Below are positions 13,101 to 25,545 of a DNA stretch of 64,000 nucleotides, in pieces. A program made the translations under genes and the position numbers. This DNA is from Mobula hypostoma (taxonomy: Eukaryota), in assembly GCF_963921235.1 (NCBI RefSeq), contig NC_086102.1, positions 163,494,001-163,558,000 of the forward strand, given 5' to 3'. A model generated the notes under the pieces. That model was not told the DNA's origin. It did no database searches and was given only the letters and a program-made list of their open reading frames with translations. Every line of letters begins with the position of its first letter. Within the stretch, counting starts at the first letter, position 1.

Positions 13101-15350
13101 TAAAATGGGTCTCAATAAAGGTTACCAACATTTGTTTGTATAACGCTTTTTAAAAAAATATTTCCTATCTCCCAGGTATATTTTAGACAGCTTCGCAGAT
13201 AAAAAGGAAGTATTTGGCATTCGGTGTATATCAATACCCCACAAATTTCTACTAAAAAAAATCCTACCACAATCAGGAAGTACTCACTATTTTCTTACTG
13301 TAATGAACGTTATTCAGCACCATGAAATATTTGTAATTTAGTAAAGAATTTTACTCCAATTTGGTTATAATATGCTCATGTTTGTTTCATTTTTTTTCTT
13401 TAACGGGATGCTTAAGTTATCGTGACAAACTTCATTCATCAATTTATAACTGTAATTGAAATAGTATATCATATGTAATATTAATTTGTTTAGTTCACAG
13501 CAATATTAATTTCGTACTTATTCACTACGTACAGCCTGCATTGCGGACGGCTGTTGAAACTGAACGCACGTTGGACTACAGGTTTTGCCTAACCAAGAAA
13601 CAGTACATGCGCCTGAGAGGCTCGCATGACATCAGGTGTCACGCGCCCACCAGCCCTGTTACCGACTAGAAAGAACTTACTTGCTGCTTTTCCAGCGCAA
13701 AGGTAGAAACCACTTGGACACTTGCAGTGCATAACGGCGAAACAGGACAGCCAGCTTCTTGGTGTCACTTTCCACAGACCTTCTCGAAAACACTAACCAT
13801 CTGCACTTGTCTGCTCTTAACCTAATATATGATGTGAATTATATTTTGGCTTGTCAACTCCCCTAACCATAAAACAAAGTTTAATGGCGTCACGTGCCCC
13901 TGTACAACCAGTCAGGACCTGGCTCTGTGGCGTCCATATAAATAACCCTTAAACTTTAAAACTTCTTTTCACTAAAGACAGCCATGTTCATTGAAATGCT
14001 CTCCCAGTAATATAAAGCTATATATCTGAGTACACAGAGGACGAGTGCCCTGGAGAATAAGTTTTCTTTATTTTAAGGCGCAATTTGGGCATTTCCTAGG
14101 CAGCCACGGCGATCTATTAGATTTGGTAAGTGTAAATACAGTGTGAGCTTGTGAGCTACAGTGAAATAAAGCTGGGTCGATTAAGAACGCAAACAAGAAT
14201 TGCTTTTTTGACATTAAGAGTTTCCTATGACAGCGGTTTCCTATTTCGATTGCTTCAATCATCTACTATTTCTTCCTGCTTTCGAGTTTAACTCCCCATT
14301 GTAGTTTCTTCTGCTGAATGAATCAGTGCAATGAAACTAATCGAGAACTCCCTGCTTCCCAAAGCTAGGTCCCAACAATAGATTTTATACATTTTCCGAA
14401 TATTTAATGTTAATAGCCACCAATTATTAGAAAACCAACGTATATTGTTCCACCACTAGACGACAGTTTAGCAAACTTTTTTTTTGTAAATCAACCCGCC
14501 TGGAATCAAGATGCAGAGTTTGTGAACGAAGGCATGTTCCCTTAAACAAAAAAAACAGAATATCAAATAGGTATCAGCTCCACCAAGAATTCTTGACATA
14601 AACAATATGCGACAGAAAACAATCAAGGCGAGCGCAGATCTAGAACCTTTGGAAGAATTAGGTCGAATGAATAGAAGCGAAGTGCAGAGGGTGACTTTGG
14701 TTCTTTTACAAGTGGCCTGTTGCCAGGAGTTCTGTACACGTACGGAGCTGCAAACAATAGGTGAGAATGTTCATTGGTAAAACTGGGTTTATTTCAATGT
14801 TGTAGACAAAACACCATTCATTTCATTTATTTAGCACAAAGTCAGACATTTAAACATTATGTATGTACAGAATATACACCACAAGATATACCTGGGATCA
14901 CAGCCACGATACCCAGCACTGATTAAAAAAAAAATCACTTTTGATGTAAAAAAAAGATGAAAGCAACAATATTTATCTAACTTTACAAAACATGATCAAA
15001 TTATAGCTTTAACGAAGCTATCAACCGGTAGAAGATTGGTTTGTTCAGCAACCGGACACAGAAAACAACTTCATTCTGCTCTCGGAGGTAAACGGTTTGC
15101 TTGGCTGCCTTATGCCGGCTGACCCCTTTATTGTTCTTTCTTGTTATCTGAATTAGGCATAGATATTATAAATATATATATTTAGAAAAAATTTAACATC
15201 TGTAGATGACAACTGATGAAGTGTATTGATGACAAGATTTTGAACCTACACGATATTAATTAATGTATCTCATAGTATTTTATGTGCCCAAACAACCATT
15301 CCCATTGCAACGAAAGGACAGTAATATTACAGCCAGTTAGGTGTAACTAG

Positions 15351-15592
15351 CTAAGGCCCTCCTGGAGGGCTGATATTGATGCTCTTCAATTTATTATCCC
15401 TTTTCCATTTCATTCTTCTGTTTTGGAACCATATTTTAATTTGTCTCTCAGTCAGACACAGAGCGTGAGCGATTTCTATCCGCCGGCGTCGTGTAAGGTA
15501 TCTGTTATAATGGAATTCTTTCTCCAGTTCCAGGGTTTGATAGCGGGTATAAGCTGTCCTCGTTCGTTTCCCTTCTGGTCCACTTAAGCCTT
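15351..15592 (-). CDS. hoxd5: HoxD5 exon 2 (homeodomain; absent from the ORF track because it has no start codon)
   Basis: Manual translation: (E)[79 protein letters not shown]. Acceptor AG at 15594-15593, with an alternative AAG 3 nt downstream. TAG at 15351-15353. Confidence 0.93.
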
Positions 15593-15950
15593 CTTAATAG
15601 AAAGTTAAAGACGAATTATTATACGCATTAGATTACTAAATTATATTAAATTATACAGTTTCAGACAAATAAGTGCAGAACAAAATTAGTTTGGGATCTG
15701 TATATTGGAGTATGTAAATTATTTAAATTTTAACGGAAATCACTGATGCACAAATGCTGCAGTTCTTGACACAATTGCTGTAACTGTTCAAAGCAACAGC
15801 TTGTACTGGGATTTCATTCAAACTGTTAAGACTTTTACAAGTATCATTCTTTATTCATTTTTATTAAGTTACTTTGTTTCTCAATCTAAAAAAAACTTCA
15901 ATCAAAATTTAAACGCACGGGAAAAGGTAGAATGGCGGCTTTGAGCGTAC

Positions 15951-16458
15951 CTTGGTTAAGGTGAAGTTTTTTCATCCATGGGTATATCTGCATCTGCTGT
16001 GCGGAATCCTTGTCTAGTTGCCCACTTTCTGGTTTGGGGCTGTTCGTTTCCTTAAGATGCTCATCGGTTAACGGTGATGTGTCCTGACCACAGCGGTATG
16101 AATGACTTGGCCCTGTGACTGTAGTCCCCGTTTTAACAGTACTGTTAGTTGGGCTTATTAAAGATCCTGAGCAGAACGCAGCATCAGGAGACTTAGTTCT
16201 CGCACCAGATGAACTATGAAAGGTGTTACTGGCTGTCTGCATGTAGTTAGCAGACCTTTCACTGTCTCCACGAAGATTTGAGTTAGAACGAGTCATGCTG
16301 AGGTCTATCCCAGTGTAATCATAGCCATACCTGGCGGAAAGCATCGTCGACTCTCTAAAATGCTCGCCCACAGACGAGGCATTCCCATAACTCTGCAACT
16401 GATAATTGTGGCCATTTTGGTAGCGACCTGAGAAAGAGTTTAAGAAGTAGGAACTCAT
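15951..16458 (-). CDS. hoxd5: HoxD5 exon 1
   Basis: [19 protein letters not shown] and [13 protein letters not shown]5 motifs, plus [11 protein letters not shown]. Donor G|GTACGC at 15950. Spliced length 249 aa. Confidence 0.93.
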
Positions 16459-16544
16459 CTGCCTTTTAGGGGATTGATTTGTGGTTCTTAGACGTTTATT
16501 CGCCGCCAGAACGAGCGATATATAATGAAATATGGAAATAAAAG

Positions 16545-16635
16545 GCACATGTCATTTCTCTGCCTCCTACGTATGCAACCAAATATGGGACATAAGTTTA
16601 GATCACGTGCTTTTGTTGACCAGTCGTAAATTCTT
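16545..16635 (-). promoter_or_regulatory. Conserved Hox5 promoter block
   Basis: CArG-like CCAAATATGG (16579-16588), E-box atcacgtg and a gtcgtaaa Hox/Cdx site within 180 bp of the ATG. Confidence 0.6.
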
Positions 16636-18795
16636 GTGCCTGACCCTGGGGGTAATTCATGCAGTGAGAATGCGTGCCATGATTTAGCGAGCCTTGTCCT
16701 ACAGCGCCTCCTTCTGATAAACAGAGAGAAAGCCAGGCTCATATCGATCAAGCGAATTTGAAAGATACTGATGTGTATTTTGCGGAATGGTTTCAGCTTT
16801 TAAAATGGTTCACTATTTAGATTGTCGTTAGCGATGAAATTTTCTTTCTGCTCTCTGAAATTATCACTTATACATCAGAGGCACGTATAGGTGAGCAAAC
16901 GCAAAACTTTTATATAAATACAAAATGTGTGCATGCGTTTACTTAAAATGGCCAAGTTACTATAAACTGAGACTCAAAATTTCATGCGATAATGTTAATC
17001 CATAAAATTGCTTCCAAATAATTTAACATGTTTTATTGTGTAAGACACACCTTTTCATTTAGAATACGTGTGTTGAATTAGAACGCTTTTATTTGTATTA
17101 ACAATGTACTTGACCTCAAAATCTGATGTTCACTGTAAATAGATTCACGACGAAGAGCTTGATAGGACGCATTCCTAAATATTTTCAGTAATATTTATTA
17201 CTGCGCGATTCTTATTGGTGTTAAAGGGTATCGGAGAAATTATGATGTCAGGTAATGACCTGAATCGAATGTACGATTCACATTTATACACATTGTGCAC
17301 ATCACTAACGCTCACAAATACCGCAGTGTTACCTTCGTAGAAAACTGAACTTAGATTGCTTACCCAATAATCAGATATCTTTACAGGGGGAGAAAAACGA
17401 TTTCACAAAGTTTGCAGTTAGCTTTTTAAATTTACATGCACGTGATCAATCTTTTAGTATATTTTGGACACTAGAGTCCAGACTTTAGTTAGTACTTGCG
17501 TTCTGCTTTCATCAGACCTTGGTAAAAGAAATAAAAATGATTAAGAATCTATATTATGTTATATACTATTTTATTTTGTGACTCGTTATGTCTAGGCCAA
17601 CCACGACAGAACCACCGCCACCGTAAAACTAAGGCCAAGTGCGTTGTAGACTTTTTCCCCTTTGTACAATCCAAATGCACGGTGGTTTCCCCTGAATTAT
17701 AAGCTATGGTAGGTCAGAATATTTCTTTTAGATCTGATCGATATCCGTAGTTTGGCAATTCCAAGACTGATATGGTAAGATTTCAGAAACGAATGGTGCA
17801 AATTACAAGGACAGCACTTTCGGTCCGTTGTCTTCCTTCGCATTTAGCGGTGCAACAGTTAGGGACATATCGAATGGATTCCTGTTGGCCACAAATGCAG
17901 GGAAACCACGAAAGCAATAAATATAAAACTTTAAAACAGCGTTTGCCTTTTCCTGTTTGATTAATAGTCGAATTATAAATGTTTGGTTGTGATCCGGAAC
18001 GGCACAACTAATAAAGGTAATGAAACGATGTCAAAACGATGACTGCATTCATCTGAGTCTGAAGAATTTGGCAAAGATCCGCCCATTGTCTCAGTGCTAC
18101 GTAACGCACGTGGGTTTCAGCTATCTGCTGCTTGGGTGCTTTTTTTTAGGGGTTAAATTAGGGTGCTACCAATTGAATTAATTAAATACATCCCTAGTTT
18201 ATTTGGCCACTGCACCATCACACACACGAGCGCGCGCGCGCGTGATTTTAGTTTGGAACAGAGTTTGATTTATAGGACGTGTAAGAAATATATTTACAGT
18301 GTTTATACGATTGTCTTGTAGTGTGGGCAAATCAGGCTGTCAGTGCTCCTCTGCCTTAGAAGTACTGCGGGTACTTAAAATAATAGAGCTAAAATACTGT
18401 AAAATAACTCATGTCTGGAGGCAAGAAGTAATAGACGGTCGGGAGCTGGGCCCACCGTCCATTGTCTGAAACTGCACAGATCTCCGAATTATTGGAAGGA
18501 TTATGGTTTCCCAGGAGTACCGGCGGCGGCCCGGATTGAAGGTGTTCGAAACGTAACAATGACAGTAAAGAGACGAGCAATTTATAACTTGAGATGAATT
18601 AAGTTTAAAGGGAAGATAAAGTATTTTAACGGATATTTTAGATTATATGTCATAGCATAACATTCGGTTTCATTTATCGGCGGGGAATGTTGATTCGTGA
18701 GTTTTTATACATATAATTATGGGCTAAAATCGTAATTGCTATAATCCAACCGTCTAGCTCTGGTAAATATGGCCTTGCAGCCGCCGCCTGACAAT

Positions 18796-18960
18796 CGATG
18801 GAAGAAATTATATTTTTCTTGCACTGTTCTTTAAAAAAAAACGTTGAGTAAAAACAGAGTTTCCAGTTCTGCGTAAAGCTAAATTAAAATGAAATCCAGA
18901 CGACCGATCATCCTTTGACGCAGAATAGCCTGTAACTAAACCTTCCACTAGACCTGATTG
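18796..18960 (-). pseudogene. Degenerate homeobox, putative HoxD6 pseudogene exon 2
   Basis: Minus-strand frame reads gFHFNlaLrRtgnsvftqrffLknsarKI*F. F20-H-F-N23, L26, R28, L40, K46, I47 and F49 fall at exact homeodomain spacing, with W48 changed from TGG to TAA (18810-18808). Upstream nucleotides ggtctagtggaagg...caggctattct resemble Hox6 GPSGR..Q.YS. Located in the Hox6 slot and in cluster orientation. Confidence 0.6.
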
Positions 18961-19441
18961 TAAGCCCCGTTCATATACAATAGAAGAAAGAAACCAGTTG
19001 GCGCACCGCATATTAATTATTTTTGTTGATTTTCCCCTTTACAGCGCGTTGGGCCTTGTAATAAATTTGGGAGAAGATCGCGATCTGGAAATTCGTTTGT
19101 CAGTCCTGTAAAGAGTGAGCAATTCTAGGATCGCGTTGAATTAATTCCAGTTATACACCAGATTAAATGTACGGGATGCGTACTAGGAGTTGTTTACACT
19201 TACAATTATATATTGTACATTAAAAATGAAAAGGAGCATTATGAATTAAAAGGTTCTCGGCTTTGTGCAGAGTCAGATTATCTTTAGTCACAAATGAACT
19301 GAAAATTTTTCCATTAAAATAAATTTTGTATGTTGCATTGAAATTGATAATTACATGTAAGCATTGACCATCTGTAATAGAAGTGCATCCTAAGTAAAGC
19401 CCTTCGGCTTCAAGATTCTGTATACAATGGGCATTAACTAA

Positions 19442-19620
19442 ACTCTCTGTCTCTCTCCCCACCCTTCCCTCCCTCCTTCTCTCTTTCGCTATCTCTCTCC
19501 TTCTGCCTCTCTCTCCTCTCCCTTCTCTCTCTCTGCTTCCCTCCCTCCTTCTCTCTTTCCCTATCTTTCTCCTTCTGTCTCCCTCTGTTCTCCCTTCTCT
19601 CTATCCATCTCTCACTCACT
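19442..19620. repeat. CT-rich low-complexity/microsatellite tract
   Basis: About 180 bp of almost pure pyrimidines (ctct/ccct). Confidence 0.9.
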
Positions 19621-22139
19621 AACCCCCCGCCACACAATACGATATCCATATTTACTTAGGTATCACAGAAGCCTTTGCTGGAGTGCCTTGAAAAAATAAA
19701 TTAAGTAGTCCTACCTTAAAATCGTAGGTGGGATTATGATTTGGAAAGACGAACTTGGCAATTATATTTATTTTGAAGATTTACTTTTTTTGTCCAAGAG
19801 TTTTATTTTCCCTAATTTTGTCTCATTAGGAAGAAAGCAAGGAGGAAACACCAATAAGTCATTCACTCTAATCTAAAAGCTGACAGCGTATTCTTAATGC
19901 AAAACAGATTTAGTTTAACGAGAAAAGTCTAACAAATATTTAATATGCTCACTTTTAAACTGAGATAAAATATCTTAATTAATAATTGCTACATAAGATT
20001 GTTTTCCTTGTCCCACAAATTATAGCGATCGCGGATATCTTGAAAATTATATGAAAAACACTGCGGAAAATTATTAAAATCAATAACTGCCTGATGATCA
20101 AGATGCTTTCTCCATAAAGCAAAATAGGGTGCACTTCACTGTCGCGATCTGACATAATTTAACCAGCAATTTTCCCAAGGCAAATGTGCTTGAAGTAGAC
20201 AATTAGAAACACTTAAATATTTATGCCGCGATAAAATAGTAGTCACAACGTCACAAACGTTTATTTGGTTTCAGTAATGTATTGTGACCTAATTGCTAGT
20301 GGCCAGAGTTTCATTTCAACAATATATCTGTCCAACAGACGCAGATAGAAAAGGAGAAAAGTTTTTAGAAAAAATTATTTGTCATTTGCAATTAAAAAAA
20401 TCCTTGGCTAACTAATACCAATGGCCAACGGAAAATTAATGTCAATGTAATTATATGCTGCATGGATCAAGCTGTTTTTTTTTTAAAGATTCAGTTCCTA
20501 TAAATAATTTGGAATCTGAAAGATAAATCATTTCATAGTCAAATAACGTTGTCTAACAAGTGCCTGCAGTTTAAAACTTGTTCCTACATCTTTGACTCAG
20601 AAAGAAGTTTTAAACTGCAGGCAAATGATGAATAATTCTTTCCGAATATTTAATCAGCGGAAATTCAAATACCTGGCTAAGAAAAAAATCATAAAAATAT
20701 TCATTTTACATTTTTTTTCTTATAATAACACGGCCCTATGCTGTGCGCATTTCTTAAGGAGACTTGCAATGAATATTGAGAAATTAGAACAGAATAAAAG
20801 ATTGCAATGTTTTTTTAAATTCCTTGTGTTTATTATGAAGTTACTAACACGAAGTTGCAACTGTTTATATCAAAACAGAAACATTTCTCAGAATAAAGAA
20901 ATACTTGTTTTTGTATGCAATACAAATGTGTGAACAATCACAACTCGGAGTCTTATGTTCAGAAAACAATTCTCCAAACGTACAGACCGACGTTATTTGC
21001 CCAGCCACAAAATATTAGAAATATCTATGACCCTTTATTTGTCATTAACATATTGAAAGCATGTCTGATGTTGACCGCTGGAAAATTACTGTAAGAGCAC
21101 GGCTTATTTGCGCAAAGTACTATCACGTGGTAAAATATCATTAAAATGTTAGCTAAACATTTCTTGCCCCCCCCCCAGAATCCCATAGCTCTTGATGTTT
21201 CTAAACCCAGTGATTGCTGCACAGACTTATTAGGATCATTAACACAAGCCCATCACTCATTGTTCCAACTTTTTATTTGACAGAACAAAACAGACCAACC
21301 TTCCTACCCTCGGCTGCAAGGTAGAATATAACACGGATTTCCACCGATCAGCAAAAACATATTGAAGCCGCCAATCACTACAGCAGTTCATTGGACAGCC
21401 GTCCAGCAAATTAACAAAATAGAACCATGAATAATAAAAGTAACACGCGTATTGTTTTTCAAATAATACTTAATTGAACAGGGAAATTCGCCCAATCCCA
21501 ACAAATGTCAGCTGTCCTATAGCAAGGGTATCATCTGAAAGCTAGGCAAGAAACGCAACTCTCAGTCTCATCGCGGAAAATAAAGATTTAATTAATCTGC
21601 CGCACAGCCACCGTTTGTACTCGGTCGACCACCTGGACCTGATTAGACTACGCAGTTTGAAAATCAGTCTTGTATTTATTAATTTATGTCGAGCTTTCCT
21701 CGATCTTCCAAACAGCTGCCTAGAACTCAACCAGCGAAGACAACGTCGTTGCCTCCCATTACAACACCGCTATCTGCACCAGCCGGCCAAGCAAAAGCAA
21801 AAGACTTACCGGTTTCATGACGCTGCCCCAGACGAGGAACCAGGTGGATTTTGTATTCCATTTGTACAGTTTCGATGATCAAAATAACTTAAAATAGGTA
21901 AAGCGAATTGAAGGGTAAATGAAAGACTGTAAGCAGACGTCACAGGTCTGTGAGAGAGATCAGATTGCTAAATCCCAGCATGAGTCGAATGACTTCCTCA
22001 TAGTTATACAGAAAAGGATTGAACGCCGCGAATAGAGCGGAAAGTCTCCCTTTTTTCCCAAGCAGCTGGCGCCAAATACCAACGACAAAAGCAGTCAAGG
22101 GGAGATACTGACAGAAAAGACGGTTTGAGACGAGTTAGC

Positions 22140-22300
22140 AGCGGAATGCAGTGAAATATTCACAAGGGAAATCATGAAAAGGCCATGAACGCAGTTACTT
22201 GATTCACATGACCAAAACTAGCCAATGGGAGCGCCGACTCCCTCGTAAAAGGTCCATTACAAAGTTGTAAATTTTCTTCAAACAAAAAGGAATTCGCTGC
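22140..22300 (-). promoter_or_regulatory. H8/7-6 four-cluster conserved sequence (distal promoter)
   Basis: Minus strand gaaaatttacaactttgtaatggaccttttacgag...cattggct...ggtcatgtg...catggccttttcatgatttccc, containing Abd-B/Cdx sites, a CCAAT box and an E-box. Resembles the element found between Hox8/7 and Hox6 in all four clusters (from recall). Confidence 0.7.
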
Positions 22301-25300
22301 AATTCCTTGCGGATTTCGCAAGTACAGCTCGCAAGCGCCATGTTTCCTTTAACGAGTTCTTTGCTACAGCTATTTGTTATATCACGAGCATCGCAACGAA
22401 CATTCTAACCAACTATGCAGGCGGAAGTGCAGCTACAACGTAAACATGAAGGGAATCAACTCCTTTGACAGCGGACACTTCACACCACAGCAACCAAACC
22501 CCCGCAATTTGATAATCTAGGAGCTTTTGGTCCTTTTGTTTTCACTACGCCGGGTATAAGTTTTTTTTCTTTAGCGAAAGTAACTCCTGCAAAGAATGAA
22601 GCGTATATGATCCACATTTCCCAATCTTGGTAATTGTGAATCAGACGGCTTCCGGATTTTGCTTTGACATGATTTCCTGAGCCCTTTCTATTTGGCCGGG
22701 TTAAGAGCAGGAAACAAGAATAGGGAATCTGAAGCACGTTTGGCCACTGAGTTAAAATCTGGTCCCTGGCCGCTACTTTCATTCAAACAAAAAAAATATA
22801 GTGACAAATTACAATAAAAGTTCCGGTAGTGCCTTCTACACAGGTGAGAAAGATGAAGTTGATTATCAGTATGTGGAGCTATTGTGTTTTATATCGACCC
22901 TCCATTTCTAGTACCTATTGGGATATTTCATTACGCTCCTCCGGCTTCCATTGTAGGAGAGAGAAAAAATTAAATTAAATAACACCTCCCCAGTATCCAC
23001 AACATATTAGGCTAAATCGATAAAATGGCCTTGTTCTGTGCAAATATATTTAATGCCCATGAAAAGTGAAAAAAGGCTTGAATCCCGTGGATCCGTAGTG
23101 GTTCTCCTCGCCGGTAGCGAGGGAGCTCGGCACCTAATGTCACAGTGTTACACACCAAATTCATTAGGTGAGAACATGTCTGGTAGATATTTGGTATCCA
23201 CCTTTTCCCCTTTGCTTCGTGCTTTCCGCGGGTTCAGATAGGTTGAAGGTAGATCACCTAGTTGTTTCTGGACTCATGCTTCGAAATAATTTTACGGGGG
23301 AAAAATATACACAAGAGCCCGTTAGTAGCTAAACGGCTAAGCGCCCATTTCTCAGACGCAACTCCTAGTATCCACAAAACTGCAAAGGGACGCGAAATTA
23401 AAACGCAAAGCAACATGAATAAAACGTTAAACCTTCGAAATTCTATTAGTACAGAAATACTTTTTTTTCTGGAGTGGTTTGGAGAGTTTGGAGTTCACGT
23501 AGGGTGTGTCGGAGAGTTTTCTGCAGATGGCTGTATTTTAAACAATGAATGAATTGAAAACACCCCAAAAAAGATTTGTACAAGGGATGATTTAAATCAT
23601 ATCTCTAAAGATCGGACAGCCTTGGATATAAATGTTTAAATTTATGAAATTGTGGAACTTAAATCCTGCCTTTATGGATTAATTCCACTCAGAAAGCTTT
23701 TTTTGTTTCCATAATTCATTCCTCCAGTGAGATCTTTATCATGCTATAACATCACCGCTAAGGTTCTGACCTAGCGTCATTGTACCAGCCGTCCGGGGTT
23801 CTAATACTACAAAGGCAAATAACTGATCCACTAAAATATAAGATGCAGCAATGGCAAAATAACTCTCTGTTTCATTAATTGGTTTGGAATTTGATTATAC
23901 ATATGGTGATTTTTTTTCATATATGCGTTCTTTCTGAAAGGAATACAACTGTCCATACCACTGGGCGGAAATCTGGTTAAGCTATGAAAATAAGTTTTGT
24001 AAACCCCGATAAAATAAATCAGGCTGAGAATATTTCCCCGGCTCGAGAATTCAGCTATGAAAGTGATATCTTGATATTACTTACAAAATCGACGTATTTT
24101 CTGAAATCATGCCTGGTCAGCTGGGACCTTTCTGATATTGTATAAATTCGATAAAAAAAATTAGTTTGTTTTCACATAAAAAGTGAGCCGGTTTTTATTT
24201 GATACGTGGAACACACTATGTAAACCTCTGCAACAAAACCGGAGTTTGCAGAATTGTCTCCTCTCATTTTGTAATGATTAATTGATGTTATGCTGGCAAT
24301 CATACCTGGCAGATTTAGACAGTGTGAGAGTATATCGCCTCTATTTATGCAATATGTGGGTAAATTCGATTACATATCTGAAAACTGTTCATGAATTTAT
24401 CTCCACGTCATTGCGTTATCAGCGTGGACTCCGCTTGTAACAATATTACACCGCCGGGTTTAGTTGTTTCTTTAACATTGGTAGCATTATGATTTTCCTC
24501 CCTCTCCTAAGAATCGTTTCCTGTTTGCTCTTATCTTTTTTTTTAATTCAACCTTACCATGACATTGTAACTTGTGCATAAAAGCGGACATCGAAAATCG
24601 TCTCTTCCTGCGCTCTTGGGCTTGCGCACTGACCCTGTGAAAGTGTAAATGTAGTTTGATCGCCGGTTATGTAAAGTTTAATGGTAGGATTCAACAACTG
24701 TAGACTTTACTTTCTACTCCAGCCTGTAAAGCGGAAAAGAATAAATTGGAACCTAGAAGTCGTCAGTTTGCCAAGTGATTTGTAGTATTAGAATTTTATT
24801 GTCGGTTTTACGAGATTTGCTGATATACGTGTACAGTAGACCGCAGCTTTACACAAAACACTAACTTTTACAGCGTCATTTTCGCCACACATGAGCAGGG
24901 CATGTGATCTGAGTAGCCAATAGCCACTCGAAGGACATTTAACTTAGGGCATAGATAAACTAATATTCCATTCACCAGCTCTATCATTAACTTTTAAACT
25001 ACATATAAAAATACTCCATCTTTAGTCTTTTTCATCCGGTAATACAATATCTGCTGTGCTGTATGGCAGACAGACACCTAGTGACGGCAGAGGTAAACAA
25101 AAATAAAGTACATGCGATTTAATCTTGCAGAAATTAACCGAAGCAGCTACAGGACGCTGGCTAAAAGATAACTGCAGCAATCTCAGGCGATTCTCTCAGT
25201 CAAGCTACCACACTCCTCTATCAAGCTCACGTTACTTTTATTTTCTTTGGGACACTGGTCGTAAAATGAAACAAGTACACAGTTAAATTTAATCAACATT

Positions 25301-25545
25301 TATTAATTTAATCACATTCGACCATCATAAAAAGTGACTATTGCTGCGGAATACCTTGTATATATTTTTTTGCTTATGTTTATTAACTGCGTTTCGGAGA
25401 ATAGGTAATTGTTGAGAATTTCCAGCCGCAATACACCACCAATTAGTCTACACGCACAGTAATTAAGACACATCGCAAGTGCACTGTTTTGTTTCTATTA
25501 ATTAATTAAGAGTGTTCGCAATACATTCCAAATAATCCATTCTAT

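Noticed and set aside
18389-18580. GC-rich 63-aa ORF with faint Hox6 exon 1 resemblance
   Set aside because: It lies downstream of the fossil homeobox, so the order is wrong for exon 1, and similarity is minimal.
19434-19649. 71-aa R/E-rich ORF, and the C/V-rich ORFs at 27565-27905
   Set aside because: Translations of microsatellites.
21555-21650. cggcagattaat...tccgcgatgagactgagagttg resembling RQIY/SRYQTLEL after an acceptor-like tctaatcag
   Set aside because: Needs several indels and nothing downstream keeps homeodomain register. The 18.8 kb candidate is much better.
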